Assembly (NCBI GenBank): GCA_963929435.1
Contig: CAWVIV010000019.1
Coordinates: 21,690-85,689 of the forward strand
Reading direction: 5' to 3'
From: an uncultured Bacilli bacterium
Lineage (GTDB): Bacteria > Bacillota_I > Bacilli_A > RF39 > UBA660
DNA: 64,000 nucleotides
Part shown: positions 18,535 through 28,083 of the stretch, piece after piece
Position numbering within the stretch: position 1 is the stretch's first letter
Layout of the letters: the number at the start of each line of letters is the position of its first letter
The notes under the pieces: model-generated
The model's database searches: none
What the model was told of the DNA's origin: nothing
What the model saw: only the letters and a program-made list of their open reading frames with translations
Position numbers and translations under genes: made by a program

Positions 18535-20992
18535 AAATAATAATTCCTATACCTGATAATAAAAGTGTTGCTGAAATAATTTCAATAAGAATGTCTTTTT
18601 CTTGTGATGTATTAGGAACTTCAACAATCTTTTCATTAGTCATATCTGCTTTAACAATTTCTCCGTTTTCAGTAATAGAAAACCACATTTTCTCCTCGTT
18701 TAAAATATAACCATCTGGTGCATCTGATTCTAAAATAAAGTATTTGCCAACTGGTAAATCAGTAATAATGATTTTTCCATTCTCATCAGTTCTTCCCTCA
18801 AAAACTTTAACTCCATTTTCTGTAAAGATTTCAATTTTCGTATCAGGTAGTGGATCTCCAGTTACTAAATCAGTTTTAGTAAATTCAAGTTCGCCTTTTG
18901 GATACTTATTATCAAGAGTAAATGTTTTATATACCACTTCAGTATATTGATCTTCATAAACAAGTTCAAACTCGTATGTATTTGGATCAAGAACATTGTT
19001 ATTAGCAGACTTGATTTCCTTTAGTGTATATTTTCCTAAAGGTAAGTTATCTATACTTGCATAACCATCTTTGTCAGTAACTAAAATAGTAACTAATTCG
19101 CCTTTCTTATAATAAGTTTTTCCTCCAACAATTATATCTTCATTTGCACGAAGTTCAAATTCTGCTCCTTCAAGTTTAATTTTTTCATAATGATAAGAGT
19201 CATCCTCAATGATAAGTTCTTCTCCAGTTTTATTGATTTCTACTTTTCCTTTAACTTGAGTATTTTCAAATTCCACTTCAACAATAGCACCAAATACATC
19301 ATCATTAATTAAAGTAGAATCATCTCCAATAGCAAATGTTAAGGCTTCTTCATTCCATAAATAACCATCTAACTTTTGGTCTTGTTCTTCTAAACGATAA
19401 GTTCCACTTTCTAATGGTAATGGTGTAAGTAAAATTCCCTCATCATTAGTTTCAAAAACACATTGTTCTTTGTCTGTAACTTGACATACATATTCGTTAT
19501 TTTCAACATCAAAAATTTTAAATTTAATTCCTGCTACTGGAATAGTATTTCCAGTTTCTGAATCAATTTTTATAACTTTTAATCTAGCAGTAATTTCTGC
19601 ATTTGCAAGCAACTTGTAAATTGGATCTTCTGAATATTCATTTACGACTATTTCAAAATCTTCTACCATTTCATGATCTTCAGTTGAACTTACTTGCCTA
19701 ACTGTATAAGTTCCGTATGGTAAAGTTGCTGTTGCATAACCGTTTTCATCAGTAGTAATACTTGTTACTTTTTCGCCAGTTGACTTTAAATATATATCAA
19801 AAGTTACATTAGGCTCCCCAGTTAAGAATCCTGTTTCATCACTAGCATAAACTTTAAATATTTTTAAATCACGTTCAATAACTTTCTCTGTAACATCTAC
19901 CTCTGGATACAAGTCATCTTTCGTAATATTAAAAAAATACTTGGTTTCGTTAAGTTCGTATCCAGTTGAGGATTTTTCTTCTTTTAGAAAAAACGTACCT
20001 AAAGATGGCAAATAATCACTTGTTACATATTCTCCACCTTTTGAAATAACTTCGCCTACTCTATTTCCTTCTAAATCATAAATACCATATACTGCACCAT
20101 CTAAAGTTGCATCTCCTTGAGCAATGCCCAAGCCAGTATCCATGTCAACTTTTTTTACTGATACCTTACCACCTACGATTTCAATTTTTAAATTTACATC
20201 AATCGGATCGTAAGCTCCTCTCATCATTAAATCTTGTGATGTAGGATGATAATAAATAATCGCAGGATGTGAGTAATTTTTATCTCTTTTACTGATAGTA
20301 ACACTACCATCGCCAACATCATTTGCAGTGATACTTAATGTGTTTCCACTAATAGAAGCACTAACATTATCAGTATCAACAACTTCAAACTTATTTAATA
20401 CATTGTTAGAATCAGTTAATTCTACTGTATCTCCAATAACCATATCAATAGTATCATTAGTTATATTAGGGCTAATATTATGTTCTTCTACCAAACGATT
20501 TAACTCATTAATTTCATTTGTGTATTTAGTAATTCGATTTCCATTAAGTGAATCAGTAAAATAAATGTCATAACCATGAGGTACTGTTTGCCATATTAAA
20601 TATTGAGTTACTGTATACCAATGTATGTCAGTATGGTTTCCATATCCGTAACCATAATATGCAAGCAAAGTAATTCTTCTCCATTGCTCTTGTGTCATCT
20701 GTCCTACATAGGATTGGTCAAAATCTTGTCCTGGATAAACAGCTCCATCTGAAACTGGAGTACCAGGTTCAATACAGTAAACGAAACTTCCATCGGAATT
20801 TCTAGTAATTACTGTCATCTGTTGGTATTTTCTTGTACTTCCTTTTACCTTTAAGATATAATCTCCACTTATCCATTGAGATTTATCATTAAAAGTTTCA
20901 TTATATGTTGATGCATTTACTGTTGGCACACATGAAATTCCAATCAACAATAACATCAAACCATTAATTATCTTATTTTTTATCTTCTTCAT
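18503..20992 (-). CDS. large cell-wall-anchored surface adhesin with repeated Cna-B / prealbumin-like domains
   Basis: Signal peptide MKKIKNKIINGLMLLLIGISCVPTVNA. Repeated roughly 90-aa beta-sandwich segments (…GAEFELR…, …GKYTLKE…, …GKYFILESDAPDGY…). C-terminal sorting-signal architecture VPNTS + hydrophobic segment + KKKSKNRK. Confidence 0.7.
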   Translation of the reverse strand: MKKIKNKIINGLMLLLIGISCVPTVNASTYNETFNDKSQWISGDYILKVKGSTRKYQQMTVITRNSDGSFVYCIEPGTPVSDGAVYPGQDFDQSYVGQMTQEQWRRITLLAYYGYGYGNHTDIHWYTVTQYLIWQTVPHGYDIYFTDSLNGNRITKYTNEINELNRLVEEHNISPNITNDTIDMVIGDTVELTDSNNVLNKFEVVDTDNVSASISGNTLSITANDVGDGSVTISKRDKNYSHPAIIYYHPTSQDLMMRGAYDPIDVNLKIEIVGGKVSVKKVDMDTGLGIAQGDATLDGAVYGIYDLEGNRVGEVISKGGEYVTSDYLPSLGTFFLKEEKSSTGYELNETKYFFNITKDDLYPEVDVTEKVIERDLKIFKVYASDETGFLTGEPNVTFDIYLKSTGEKVTSITTDENGYATATLPYGTYTVRQVSSTEDHEMVEDFEIVVNEYSEDPIYKLLANAEITARLKVIKIDSETGNTIPVAGIKFKIFDVENNEYVCQVTDKEQCVFETNDEGILLTPLPLESGTYRLEEQDQKLDGYLWNEEALTFAIGDDSTLINDDVFGAIVEVEFENTQVKGKVEINKTGEELIIEDDSYHYEKIKLEGAEFELRANEDIIVGGKTYYKKGELVTILVTDKDGYASIDNLPLGKYTLKEIKSANNNVLDPNTYEFELVYEDQYTEVVYKTFTLDNKYPKGELEFTKTDLVTGDPLPDTKIEIFTENGVKVFEGRTDENGKIIITDLPVGKYFILESDAPDGYILNEEKMWFSITENGEIVKADMTNEKIVEVPNTSQEKDILIEIISATLLLSGIGIIIYAKKKSKNRK

Positions 20993-21028
20993 AAATTCCT
21001 CCTATTTTTACCAAAAGAAAAAAGCCTA

Positions 21029-21637
21029 TCAAGGCTTGGGAATATCTGGATAAGCAATATAGTTATTATTTCCATCAAACATTGTCAACATATAGTACAT
21101 AACACCACAGTCATCAGTAGTATAATCGCAAAAATATCCGTAATACCCGTATTCTTTTTTATAAAGTTCTCCAACTCTATTACATTCTGCCATAGAATCA
21201 AAGTCTGCTCTAAAAACTGTATAAAATTTTTTAGGTGTGCAACTAGGTTCTTCTACTACTGGTGGAGTTATCGTTTGTGGTGGAGTTGGTGTTGTTGTTT
21301 GCTGGTTATTAGTGTTAGTATCATTTTTAGGAGTTGTATATGTTTCATTTGTATTAGCCTCACTTTGTGGCATTTCTTCCTTTGGTTTTTCTTCTATTTG
21401 TTCTTCTTTATTTTCAGTTTCAAGTTTTTCTTCATTATCATCTTCTTCTTTTTCTTCGGTTATACTTTCTGTTTTTAAATCAGAATTTAATCGTGTTTTT
21501 GATGATTGTTCTTTTGAAACATCTCTATTATTTATAATACCTATACCTATTACAGTACCAAAAAGAAATAATGATACTATAATTACCAAAATAACTCTTT
21601 TAAGCATCTTTCTTTTAGTGGTCATATAATTATTCAA
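21029..21637 (-). CDS. membrane-anchored hypothetical protein with an acidic, Thr-rich linker and a Cys-containing C-terminal domain
   Basis: N-terminal TM, low-complexity E/K/T/P linker, then a C-terminal 80-aa domain (CTPKKFYTVFRADFDSMAECNRVGELY...). Confidence 0.4.
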   Translation of the reverse strand: MNNYMTTKRKMLKRVILVIIVSLFLFGTVIGIGIINNRDVSKEQSSKTRLNSDLKTESITEEKEEDDNEEKLETENKEEQIEEKPKEEMPQSEANTNETYTTPKNDTNTNNQQTTTPTPPQTITPPVVEEPSCTPKKFYTVFRADFDSMAECNRVGELYKKEYGYYGYFCDYTTDDCGVMYYMLTMFDGNNNYIAYPDIPKP

Positions 21638-21904
21638 CTCCTAACTCCAAAATCGTTATATTGCCTTTTAATGCACTTTGACAACGGATATAACATATTC
21701 TATTTATCACTCTAAAAAAGAAATTTTGCAAGAGTTTTTTTGATTTTTTCTAAAAATTACGGTATTTTCTGTCGTTTATTGAAAATGTGCATTTTCATCA
21801 CTCCTTTCAAAGTTAGTTTTTTGACAATGAGATCCCTATAAACTCATAAAATTAATGCAAAAAAAAAGAGTCCAAAAAGGCTCCTACGGTTACTTTTCAA
21901 TTTA

Positions 21905-22390
21905 TTATTTATAAACAATTATATTAAATACGATACCAAATCTAACGATTGCACTATTCTTAATAGTATTAAATGCTTCTCTGCCTAAATCAAATTTAGT
22001 CCTTAATGATGCCTCTGATTTACCACATAATAAGCAATCATTAATATATGCATTTTCCTCTTTAGACATTATAGAGTATAATTTGTTAAGTTGAATATTA
22101 AACTCATTATAGGCTTGCTCACTATCAAGTTTATATTCAACTGCTTTACCAACAGGGTCAGAAACATTATTAGAGAATTGTTCTAATCTTGGTCTATAAT
22201 TAGCAGTTAATCTAACATGATAGCCATTAATAAACTTATTTCTAGCTATTTTTAGTTCTCTTAACTTTTCTATAACTTTTTCATAAGTCGCTAGTATATC
22301 ATAGCCTACCATTTCTTCTTTTGTTAATGTAAAATTGTCTGCATATTCTTCTTCGTAACATTGTTCATAATTTGTATTCAAAGTAACCAC
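21905..22390 (-). CDS. putative transcriptional regulator (ArpU-like / sigma-70 region-4-like) at the head of the transfer region. GTG start.
   Basis: 161 aa with a helix-rich C-terminus (REAFNTIKNSAIVRFGI). Preceded by a long structured leader carrying a promoter, a leader ORF and a terminator hairpin. Family assignment is tentative. Confidence 0.35.
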   Translation of the reverse strand: MVTLNTNYEQCYEEEYADNFTLTKEEMVGYDILATYEKVIEKLRELKIARNKFINGYHVRLTANYRPRLEQFSNNVSDPVGKAVEYKLDSEQAYNEFNIQLNKLYSIMSKEENAYINDCLLCGKSEASLRTKFDLGREAFNTIKNSAIVRFGIVFNIIVYK

Positions 22391-22409
22391 CCTTTCAATA
22401 TAAAATAAA

Positions 22410-22451
22410 AGAGAGAAAATTAGAGGGTCAAAATCCCTTAACTTTCTCTCT
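22410..22451 (-). terminator. leader terminator/attenuator hairpin followed by a U-tract, just 5' of the regulator gene
   Basis: Minus strand AGAGAGAAA-guuaaGGGauuuugaCCCucuaau-UUUCUCUCU gives a 9-bp outer stem and 4-bp inner stem, then UUUAUUUUAUAUU. Confidence 0.5.
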
Positions 22452-22563
22452 TAATAATTCTTAATACGTTATTTTTAGAGACTTTAAAAATACTCGCATT
22501 ATTATAGCAACTATTTACACTCAAACAGCCAGCTGAAGAACATCCTTTTTTACTAGAAATCAT
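22438..22563 (-). CDS. candidate leader peptide (41 aa, Cys/Ser-rich). Its stop codon lies inside the attenuator hairpin.
   Basis: ATG at 22561-22563 with a GAGG RBS 9 nt upstream. Encodes MISSKKGCSSAGCLSVNSCYNNASIFKVSKNNVLRIIKRES. The TAA stop (22438-22440) sits between the two stem arms. Confidence 0.3.
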   Translation of the reverse strand: MISSKKGCSSAGCLSVNSCYNNASIFKVSKNNVLRIIKRES

Positions 22564-22708
22564 CTTATAACCTCATTTCATAAAAAAGGGGCGAAAAAGT
22601 CAGTAACTGTTCTCAAAATAGAAATGATACTGCTTCTTCTACCCTAACAACTCTAAATTTTACTAATAATGAGCATCAGCCATTACATCAACAAATAAAT
22701 TGCCTTAT

Positions 22709-22738
22709 ATTCTAACGGTTTTAGAAATAAGTGTCAAT
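22709..22738 (-). promoter_or_regulatory. candidate promoter TTGACA – 18 nt – TAGAAT driving the leader and regulator gene
   Basis: Minus strand ctaTTGACActtatttctaaaaccgtTAGAATata. A second TTGACT-16-TATAAT element lies at 22812-22839, and direct repeats ATTTCATGTC×2 at 22845-22866. Confidence 0.35.
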
Positions 22739-22744
22739 AGTTTT

Positions 22745-22792
22745 TATTAAAAAAATAAACAAAAAGCAAAGAAATAATCTCTCTCTTTGCAT
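22745..22792 (-). terminator. intrinsic terminator (7-bp stem GCAAAGA/UCUUUGC plus a long U-tract), probably ending transcription of the 22907..23407 gene
   Basis: Minus strand GCAAAGAgagagauuauUUCUUUGC followed by UUUUUGUUUAUUUUUUU. Confidence 0.45.
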
Positions 22793-22906
22793 AATTTGTT
22801 TATTTTACATTATTATACCACTTGACAAGATGGAGTCAAGTTTATTTCATGTCTATTTCATGTCGTTTTATGCTTTTTTTATGTCGCTTTTAAAATAACC
22901 ACTTTT

Positions 22907-23407
22907 TTAACAATTTAACTCTTTTAAAATGTTTTTTTCAATAGCATCTAAAAGTTTTTCTTCAGACATCATATTTATATATTGTCTTAATTGATTGTAT
23001 TTATTTATTGCAGTTTCTTTATCTTCCTCAATACCACCAAATACTCCAGAAATATCTAAATCATAATTGCCAACTGGGAACGATACAACTGCACCGTACT
23101 CAAATAATAATCTCTTATTTAAAGGTAACGGCTGATAATCTTTATCTAAAGCAATAGGATCGGTGTGTTCATAATTTATTAAGTATAACCCAAAGGAGAT
23201 ATTACCTTTATTAATATCATCTTTAAATATATAAACATCTTTCAAATCCCTATTACTATGATTTTGTGAAAAATCATCTGAATTAACTTCATTATCTATT
23301 TTTGATATTACTTCGTGTAATTCCTTATGTTGCTTATCTTGTAATTCTTTCATCAAGTTGAATATATTTTTTCTTTTTTCTTCTAGCATACTAAATCCTC
23401 TTTTCAC
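22907..23407 (-). CDS. hypothetical protein
   Basis: 166 aa, soluble, no family recognised. Confidence 0.4.
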   Translation of the reverse strand: MKRGFSMLEEKRKNIFNLMKELQDKQHKELHEVISKIDNEVNSDDFSQNHSNRDLKDVYIFKDDINKGNISFGLYLINYEHTDPIALDKDYQPLPLNKRLLFEYGAVVSFPVGNYDLDISGVFGGIEEDKETAINKYNQLRQYINMMSEEKLLDAIEKNILKELNC

Positions 23408-23474
23408 TACACAAATACTAATTTGGACTTATGTAAATAATTGTACCACATAAATATGATATTTATAACCCATT

Positions 23475-23783
23475 TCATAAATTTGTCATAAATTCCCAAA
23501 CAATAGTATAGATTTTTGTCATTTTAATTTTAGTAAATAAGTAATAAATAACTCCAAATTCAAAAACACTCAATAAAAATATCATATTATTAGCAAACCC
23601 CATACTCATAACTGATATTGCTAAATCTCTCGGAATATCACATGAATCACAAACAAAATAAGAAAAATCTATATTAGTTTTTATTAAGAAACAAATTTCA
23701 AGAAAAATGGGAACTATTATTAATGATGCAAGTAAGGATTTTAATACAATTCGAACGTAATCTTTAAAATCTAAATAATACAC
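23475..23783 (-). CDS. hypothetical small membrane protein
   Basis: 102 aa, 3 predicted TM segments, several Cys. Confidence 0.35.
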   Translation of the reverse strand: MYYLDFKDYVRIVLKSLLASLIIVPIFLEICFLIKTNIDFSYFVCDSCDIPRDLAISVMSMGFANNMIFLLSVFEFGVIYYLFTKIKMTKIYTIVWEFMTNL

Positions 23784-23890
23784 TATATCCTTCCTTTCTG
23801 TTCTTATTATATCACGTTTTTAGGTAATACACCGACACTTTTTAAATATTTCTATTTTAAATGGGAAAATTATATTAGAGGTGTCGTTAT

Positions 23891-24340
23891 ATGATATATG
23901 AAAGAATGAAAGACATAAGAACTTACTTTGGGAATACACAGAAAGAACTTGCTGGTATTTTAGGTGTAAGTAGATCAACTTATGCTGGATGGGAAAATGG
24001 GCTTGATGCTATTATTCTCCCAAAACTAAATGATTTTTGCAATTATTATGGTGTGAGTTTAGATTATATTTGTGGGCTTACTAATACCAAAAAATATGAT
24101 GTTATCAATGATAAAATTGATAAAAGTGTTTTAGGTAATAATTTAAAGGAAATAAGAACTAAAAATAAGCATACTCAAGAAAAGGTTGCAAATATCATCA
24201 ATGTAGATCAATCAAACTACTCTAAATGTGAATTAGGTAAAATGTATATTCATACCTATGCTTTAATTGAATTTGCGAAACATTATAAAGTATCTATTGA
24301 TTGGCTTTGTGGCAAAACAAAAGACTCGGAAATTAAATAA
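23891..24340 (+). CDS. XRE-family transcriptional regulator with two tandem HTH_3 domains
   Basis: Two copies of the Q-x-L/V-A-x-x-x-G/N-V-S/D-x-S/T-x-Y/S-x-x-E-x-G pattern (TQKELAGILGVSRSTYAGWENG and TQEKVANIINVDQSNYSKCELG). Paralogous to 43103..43531. Confidence 0.8.
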   Translation: MIYERMKDIRTYFGNTQKELAGILGVSRSTYAGWENGLDAIILPKLNDFCNYYGVSLDYICGLTNTKKYDVINDKIDKSVLGNNLKEIRTKNKHTQEKVANIINVDQSNYSKCELGKMYIHTYALIEFAKHYKVSIDWLCGKTKDSEIK

Positions 24341-24351
24341 CCGAGTCTTCA

Positions 24352-25026
24352 TTACTCTTCTTTATTTTTATATATCTTATAAGAAATTTTATAACTTATA
24401 AAATACATTAAACATGATAGCAAAATAAGTGCAACTAAGCCGAAATTATTTAATATATTTTCTAACTTTTCAATATCTACACTTAATCCTGCTTGCTTTA
24501 AAAGAAATCCTGCAATTGCTCCAATTATAACTAGAACAAATAATACTATAAACATTTGTATTCTACCTTTTTCAGCACCCCATTTAAAGATACTAGGAAT
24601 TTGAATTGACTGAATTAAAGAAATGCCAAACATTCCTCCAACAGATGTAGCAAGTAATGTTTCAATGTTTATATCTATCAAATTATCTGGTCTTAAATAA
24701 TTCATAACATTACCAACTAATAATGTTACTATAAACCCAAGTATCCCACCTAAGATAGTTGCTCCAATAGCCAAAACATATTTTTCTAAAACAATTTCTT
24801 TTCTAGTAACTGGTAAAGTTAAAATATATTTATTAGATTTTGACATTTCATCATAGCTAAATGTTGATAAAGAAATCATACCAACTATAATTCCAATCAC
24901 TACTGAACCCCAGTATATTGCATCAGTACCGATTATCGCAATACCACAAAACAATACAACAATAATTAATGTGGTTTTATAACTTGCTAAATTGTATAAG
25001 TCCTTTTTTAATAATCCTTTTATCAT
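24352..25026 (-). CDS. ABC-2 family transporter permease
   Basis: 224 aa, 6 TM. Downstream of and overlapping a cognate ABC ATPase gene. GntR–ATPase–permease operon layout. Confidence 0.65.
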   Translation of the reverse strand: MIKGLLKKDLYNLASYKTTLIIVVLFCGIAIIGTDAIYWGSVVIGIIVGMISLSTFSYDEMSKSNKYILTLPVTRKEIVLEKYVLAIGATILGGILGFIVTLLVGNVMNYLRPDNLIDINIETLLATSVGGMFGISLIQSIQIPSIFKWGAEKGRIQMFIVLFVLVIIGAIAGFLLKQAGLSVDIEKLENILNNFGLVALILLSCLMYFISYKISYKIYKNKEE

Positions 25027-25028
25027 AA

Positions 25029-25883
25029 CTATCTTTCTCCTCTTATATAAAATAACATTATATCTTCAATAGATGGCTTATCTATTGAACTAATATTATA
25101 TTTCTTTTTAATCTTATTCTTATCCGATGTAAGTACCTCATATTGATATTTACTTTTTCTATAACTGATATAATCATCTTCAGAAATCTTTGCAAACTCT
25201 TCTTTACTACATTTAATAATACCATAATTTTCTAACAATTCATTTGTTGGAACATTTAAAATTGTTTTACCTCTATCAATAAAAATTATATAATCAGAAA
25301 TATGTTCTAAATCAGTAGTGATGTGTGAAGATAATAAAATTGATCTTGTTTCATCTTCTTCAATATATTTTCTAAATATATCAAGTATTTCATTTCTAAC
25401 AACAGGATCTAATCCACTTGTAGGCTCATCTAGTATTAAAAGTTTTGGATTATGTGAAATAGCTGTTGCAATTTTTAATTTCATCTTCATACCACTTGAA
25501 AAATCTTTAATTAATTTGTCACTTGGTAAACCAAATTGCTTTAACAATTTATTGTATTTTTCTTCATCCCAGTTTTTATAAAACTCTTTCATAACTGAAT
25601 TTATATATTTAGGTGTTAGATAAGTAGATAAGAAACTATCATCTAATACTACACCAATATTTTGTTTTATTTCTTTTTCATTTTGATTAATATCTTTATT
25701 AAATATTTTTACAGTACCTTCTGATTTTATAATATTTAATATTGACTTAATTGTTGTCGTTTTACCAGCACCGTTTTCCCCAATTAAACCTACAATAGAG
25801 CCAGCTGGAACATCAAAACTTATTTTGTCTAATAAAAATCCATCATACTTTTTAGTAACATTTTTAATTTCAATATTATTCAT
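25029..25883 (-). CDS. ABC transporter ATP-binding protein
   Basis: Walker A GENGAGKTT, signature SSGMKMKL, Walker B LLILDEPTSGLD. Confidence 0.85.
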   Translation of the reverse strand: MNNIEIKNVTKKYDGFLLDKISFDVPAGSIVGLIGENGAGKTTTIKSILNIIKSEGTVKIFNKDINQNEKEIKQNIGVVLDDSFLSTYLTPKYINSVMKEFYKNWDEEKYNKLLKQFGLPSDKLIKDFSSGMKMKLKIATAISHNPKLLILDEPTSGLDPVVRNEILDIFRKYIEEDETRSILLSSHITTDLEHISDYIIFIDRGKTILNVPTNELLENYGIIKCSKEEFAKISEDDYISYRKSKYQYEVLTSDKNKIKKKYNISSIDKPSIEDIMLFYIRGER

Positions 25884-26261
25884 CTACAATTCCTCCTCAA
25901 AAATCATTTTAAATAATTCACTAATTTCCTCTTTAGAAATATTAGAAAGTTTAGATACTTCATAAATCTTTTCTATATAATCCTGAACTTCTTTTAATTT
26001 CTCTTCTTTGATTAAATCCAAATTTTTAGGTGATACATAGCTTCCTTTTCCTTGCACTGTTTTAATAAAACCTGCTTTTTCTAATTCATCATAAGCACGT
26101 TTAACAGTCAAAAAACTTATTTTCAAATCATTGGCTAAACTTCTTACAGATGGTAACATTTCTCCTTCTTTAAGTTCGTTAGAAAAAATTGCTTCTTTTA
26201 TGGCATTCTCTATTTGTTCAAATATTGGAATACCACTACTATTAGTAATAATAATATTCAT
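25884..26261 (-). CDS. GntR-family transcriptional regulator (YtrA-like short subtype)
   Basis: wHTH LPSVRSLANDLKISFLTVKRAYDELEKAGFIKTVQGKGSYV. 125 aa, heading the ABC operon. Confidence 0.8.
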   Translation of the reverse strand: MNIIITNSSGIPIFEQIENAIKEAIFSNELKEGEMLPSVRSLANDLKISFLTVKRAYDELEKAGFIKTVQGKGSYVSPKNLDLIKEEKLKEVQDYIEKIYEVSKLSNISKEEISELFKMIFEEEL

Positions 26262-26367
26262 TTTTTCACCTCACTGTTTCATCTGTTATGTTCTAATTAT
26301 AACACTTTATAACAGTTTGTCAATACCATACAATATAGAAATTAAAAAAACTACTAAATTAGTAGCT

Positions 26368-27369
26368 TTAATCCATTTTATTAAAATTACTTTTCGGATA
26401 AATAATTTCAACTTTAGTCCCTTCTTTGTACTTTGAATATATATTGATTTCAAGTCCTAACTTATTACAAATCTTTTTTGCTAGATATAAACCCATACCT
26501 GTTGATCTACTTTTCTTTCTATCACTTCCAGTAAATCCTTTTTCAAATACTCTTCTTAAATCACTTTCTTTAATTCCACAGCCATTGTCCTTTATAGATA
26601 ATATCACATTATCTTTATTTTCACTTGCATTTATCTCAATCCTTTTATCTTTCTTATTCATATATTTAATTGAATTTTGAATGACTTGTGAAACAATAAA
26701 TATTAACCATTTCTCATCACTATATATTTTCTTTTCTAAATGATTCACTTGTACTGATATTTTTTCATCCAGTATATATACCCTATATTTTAATAAAACT
26801 TTATGAATAACATCAGATAAGTTTAGTTCTTTTATAAAATAATCTTTTTCTGGATTCTCACTTCGTGCATAATATAAAATCTGATCTACATACATATCAA
26901 TTTTATTTAATTCTTTTTTTGATATTTTATCTTTACTATTATCAAATGATAAAGATAATGCCGAAATTGGTGTTTTAATTTCATGAGCAAAACTTTCTAT
27001 ATATTCTCGATAATCTAAATTTTCTTGTTCCAATTTACTTATCTTATCATTCATTGATTTTGTTGCTTGTTTTAAAGCATAGATATATGCCTTATTTTCT
27101 ACATTACTACTTTTAGGAATTATCTCTGATATAAAATACTTTTCATCTAAAGCATCAACTAAATCAGTAATTTGCAAATATTTTTTCTTTTGGAAATGAT
27201 AATCACAAAATAAATAACTAATTAGTAGAACTAATAAAATAATATCAATTAAAGCAATATAAAATAATGGTATTTCAGCAAAACCTAATAAAACTGATAA
27301 TACAATGATGGTTGATATTTGAAATAGAATATAAAATATTTTATTCTCTAAATAACTCGACAATTTCAT
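26368..27369 (-). CDS. sensor histidine kinase, intramembrane-sensing BceS-like (two N-terminal TM, no extracellular domain)
   Basis: H-box region HEIKTPISAL, plus HATPase_c N/G boxes (DNGCGI, GMGLYLAKKI). Confidence 0.8.
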   Translation of the reverse strand: MKLSSYLENKIFYILFQISTIIVLSVLLGFAEIPLFYIALIDIILLVLLISYLFCDYHFQKKKYLQITDLVDALDEKYFISEIIPKSSNVENKAYIYALKQATKSMNDKISKLEQENLDYREYIESFAHEIKTPISALSLSFDNSKDKISKKELNKIDMYVDQILYYARSENPEKDYFIKELNLSDVIHKVLLKYRVYILDEKISVQVNHLEKKIYSDEKWLIFIVSQVIQNSIKYMNKKDKRIEINASENKDNVILSIKDNGCGIKESDLRRVFEKGFTGSDRKKSRSTGMGLYLAKKICNKLGLEINIYSKYKEGTKVEIIYPKSNFNKMD

Positions 27370-28025
27370 AGTTTATATCCCTTTCCTCTTATGTTTGTTA
27401 AAAAGTCAGTAATTCCTATCTCTTTTGCTTTATTTCTTAAACGATTAATATTTACTGATAAAATATTATCATCTAAATAATACTTATCATTCCAAAGTTT
27501 TTCTAATAATTCATCTTTAGTAATAAGTCTTCCTGAATTAGTGAAGAAATAATAAAGAATACGAAACTCGTTACGTGTTAATTCTATTTCTTTATCTTGA
27601 TATTTCAAAATGGATAAATGCAAGTCCAAAGTATAACCGTTTTTAGTTAGTTCTCTAAAATTAATAGGATTATTTAATTTTAATGCTCTTTTAATTTTCT
27701 CAAGTAAAACGATTTTATTATATGGTTTAGTTATAAAGTCAACACCACCTACCCTAATGCTTTTAATTTCATCTTCTGTTGTATCACGGCTTGTAACAAA
27801 GATAATTGGTATATTTGATTTTTCTTTTATCTTTTTACATATATCATAACCATCCATATAAGGTAAATTAATATCTAGTAAAATCAAATTAGCATCTATT
27901 TCTAACAAATTATCTACGACATTTTCAAAATTTTCTATTAATGTAGTTTTATAACCAACATCTTGCAAAAGTATAGATAGTTTTTCTCTGATAATTGGAT
28001 TATCTTCAACAATTACAATATTCAT
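27366..28025 (-). CDS. OmpR-family response regulator (BceR-like)
   Basis: Receiver domain (IVIVEDNPII…LLDINLP) plus a winged-helix trans_reg_C C-terminus (…LSVNINRLRNK…RGKGYKL). Confidence 0.85.
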   Translation of the reverse strand: MNIVIVEDNPIIREKLSILLQDVGYKTTLIENFENVVDNLLEIDANLILLDINLPYMDGYDICKKIKEKSNIPIIFVTSRDTTEDEIKSIRVGGVDFITKPYNKIVLLEKIKRALKLNNPINFRELTKNGYTLDLHLSILKYQDKEIELTRNEFRILYYFFTNSGRLITKDELLEKLWNDKYYLDDNILSVNINRLRNKAKEIGITDFLTNIRGKGYKL

Positions 28026-28083
28026 AACATCACCACATTTCTATTAATATTATACTATAAAAAGAGTTAGATTACATTACCCT

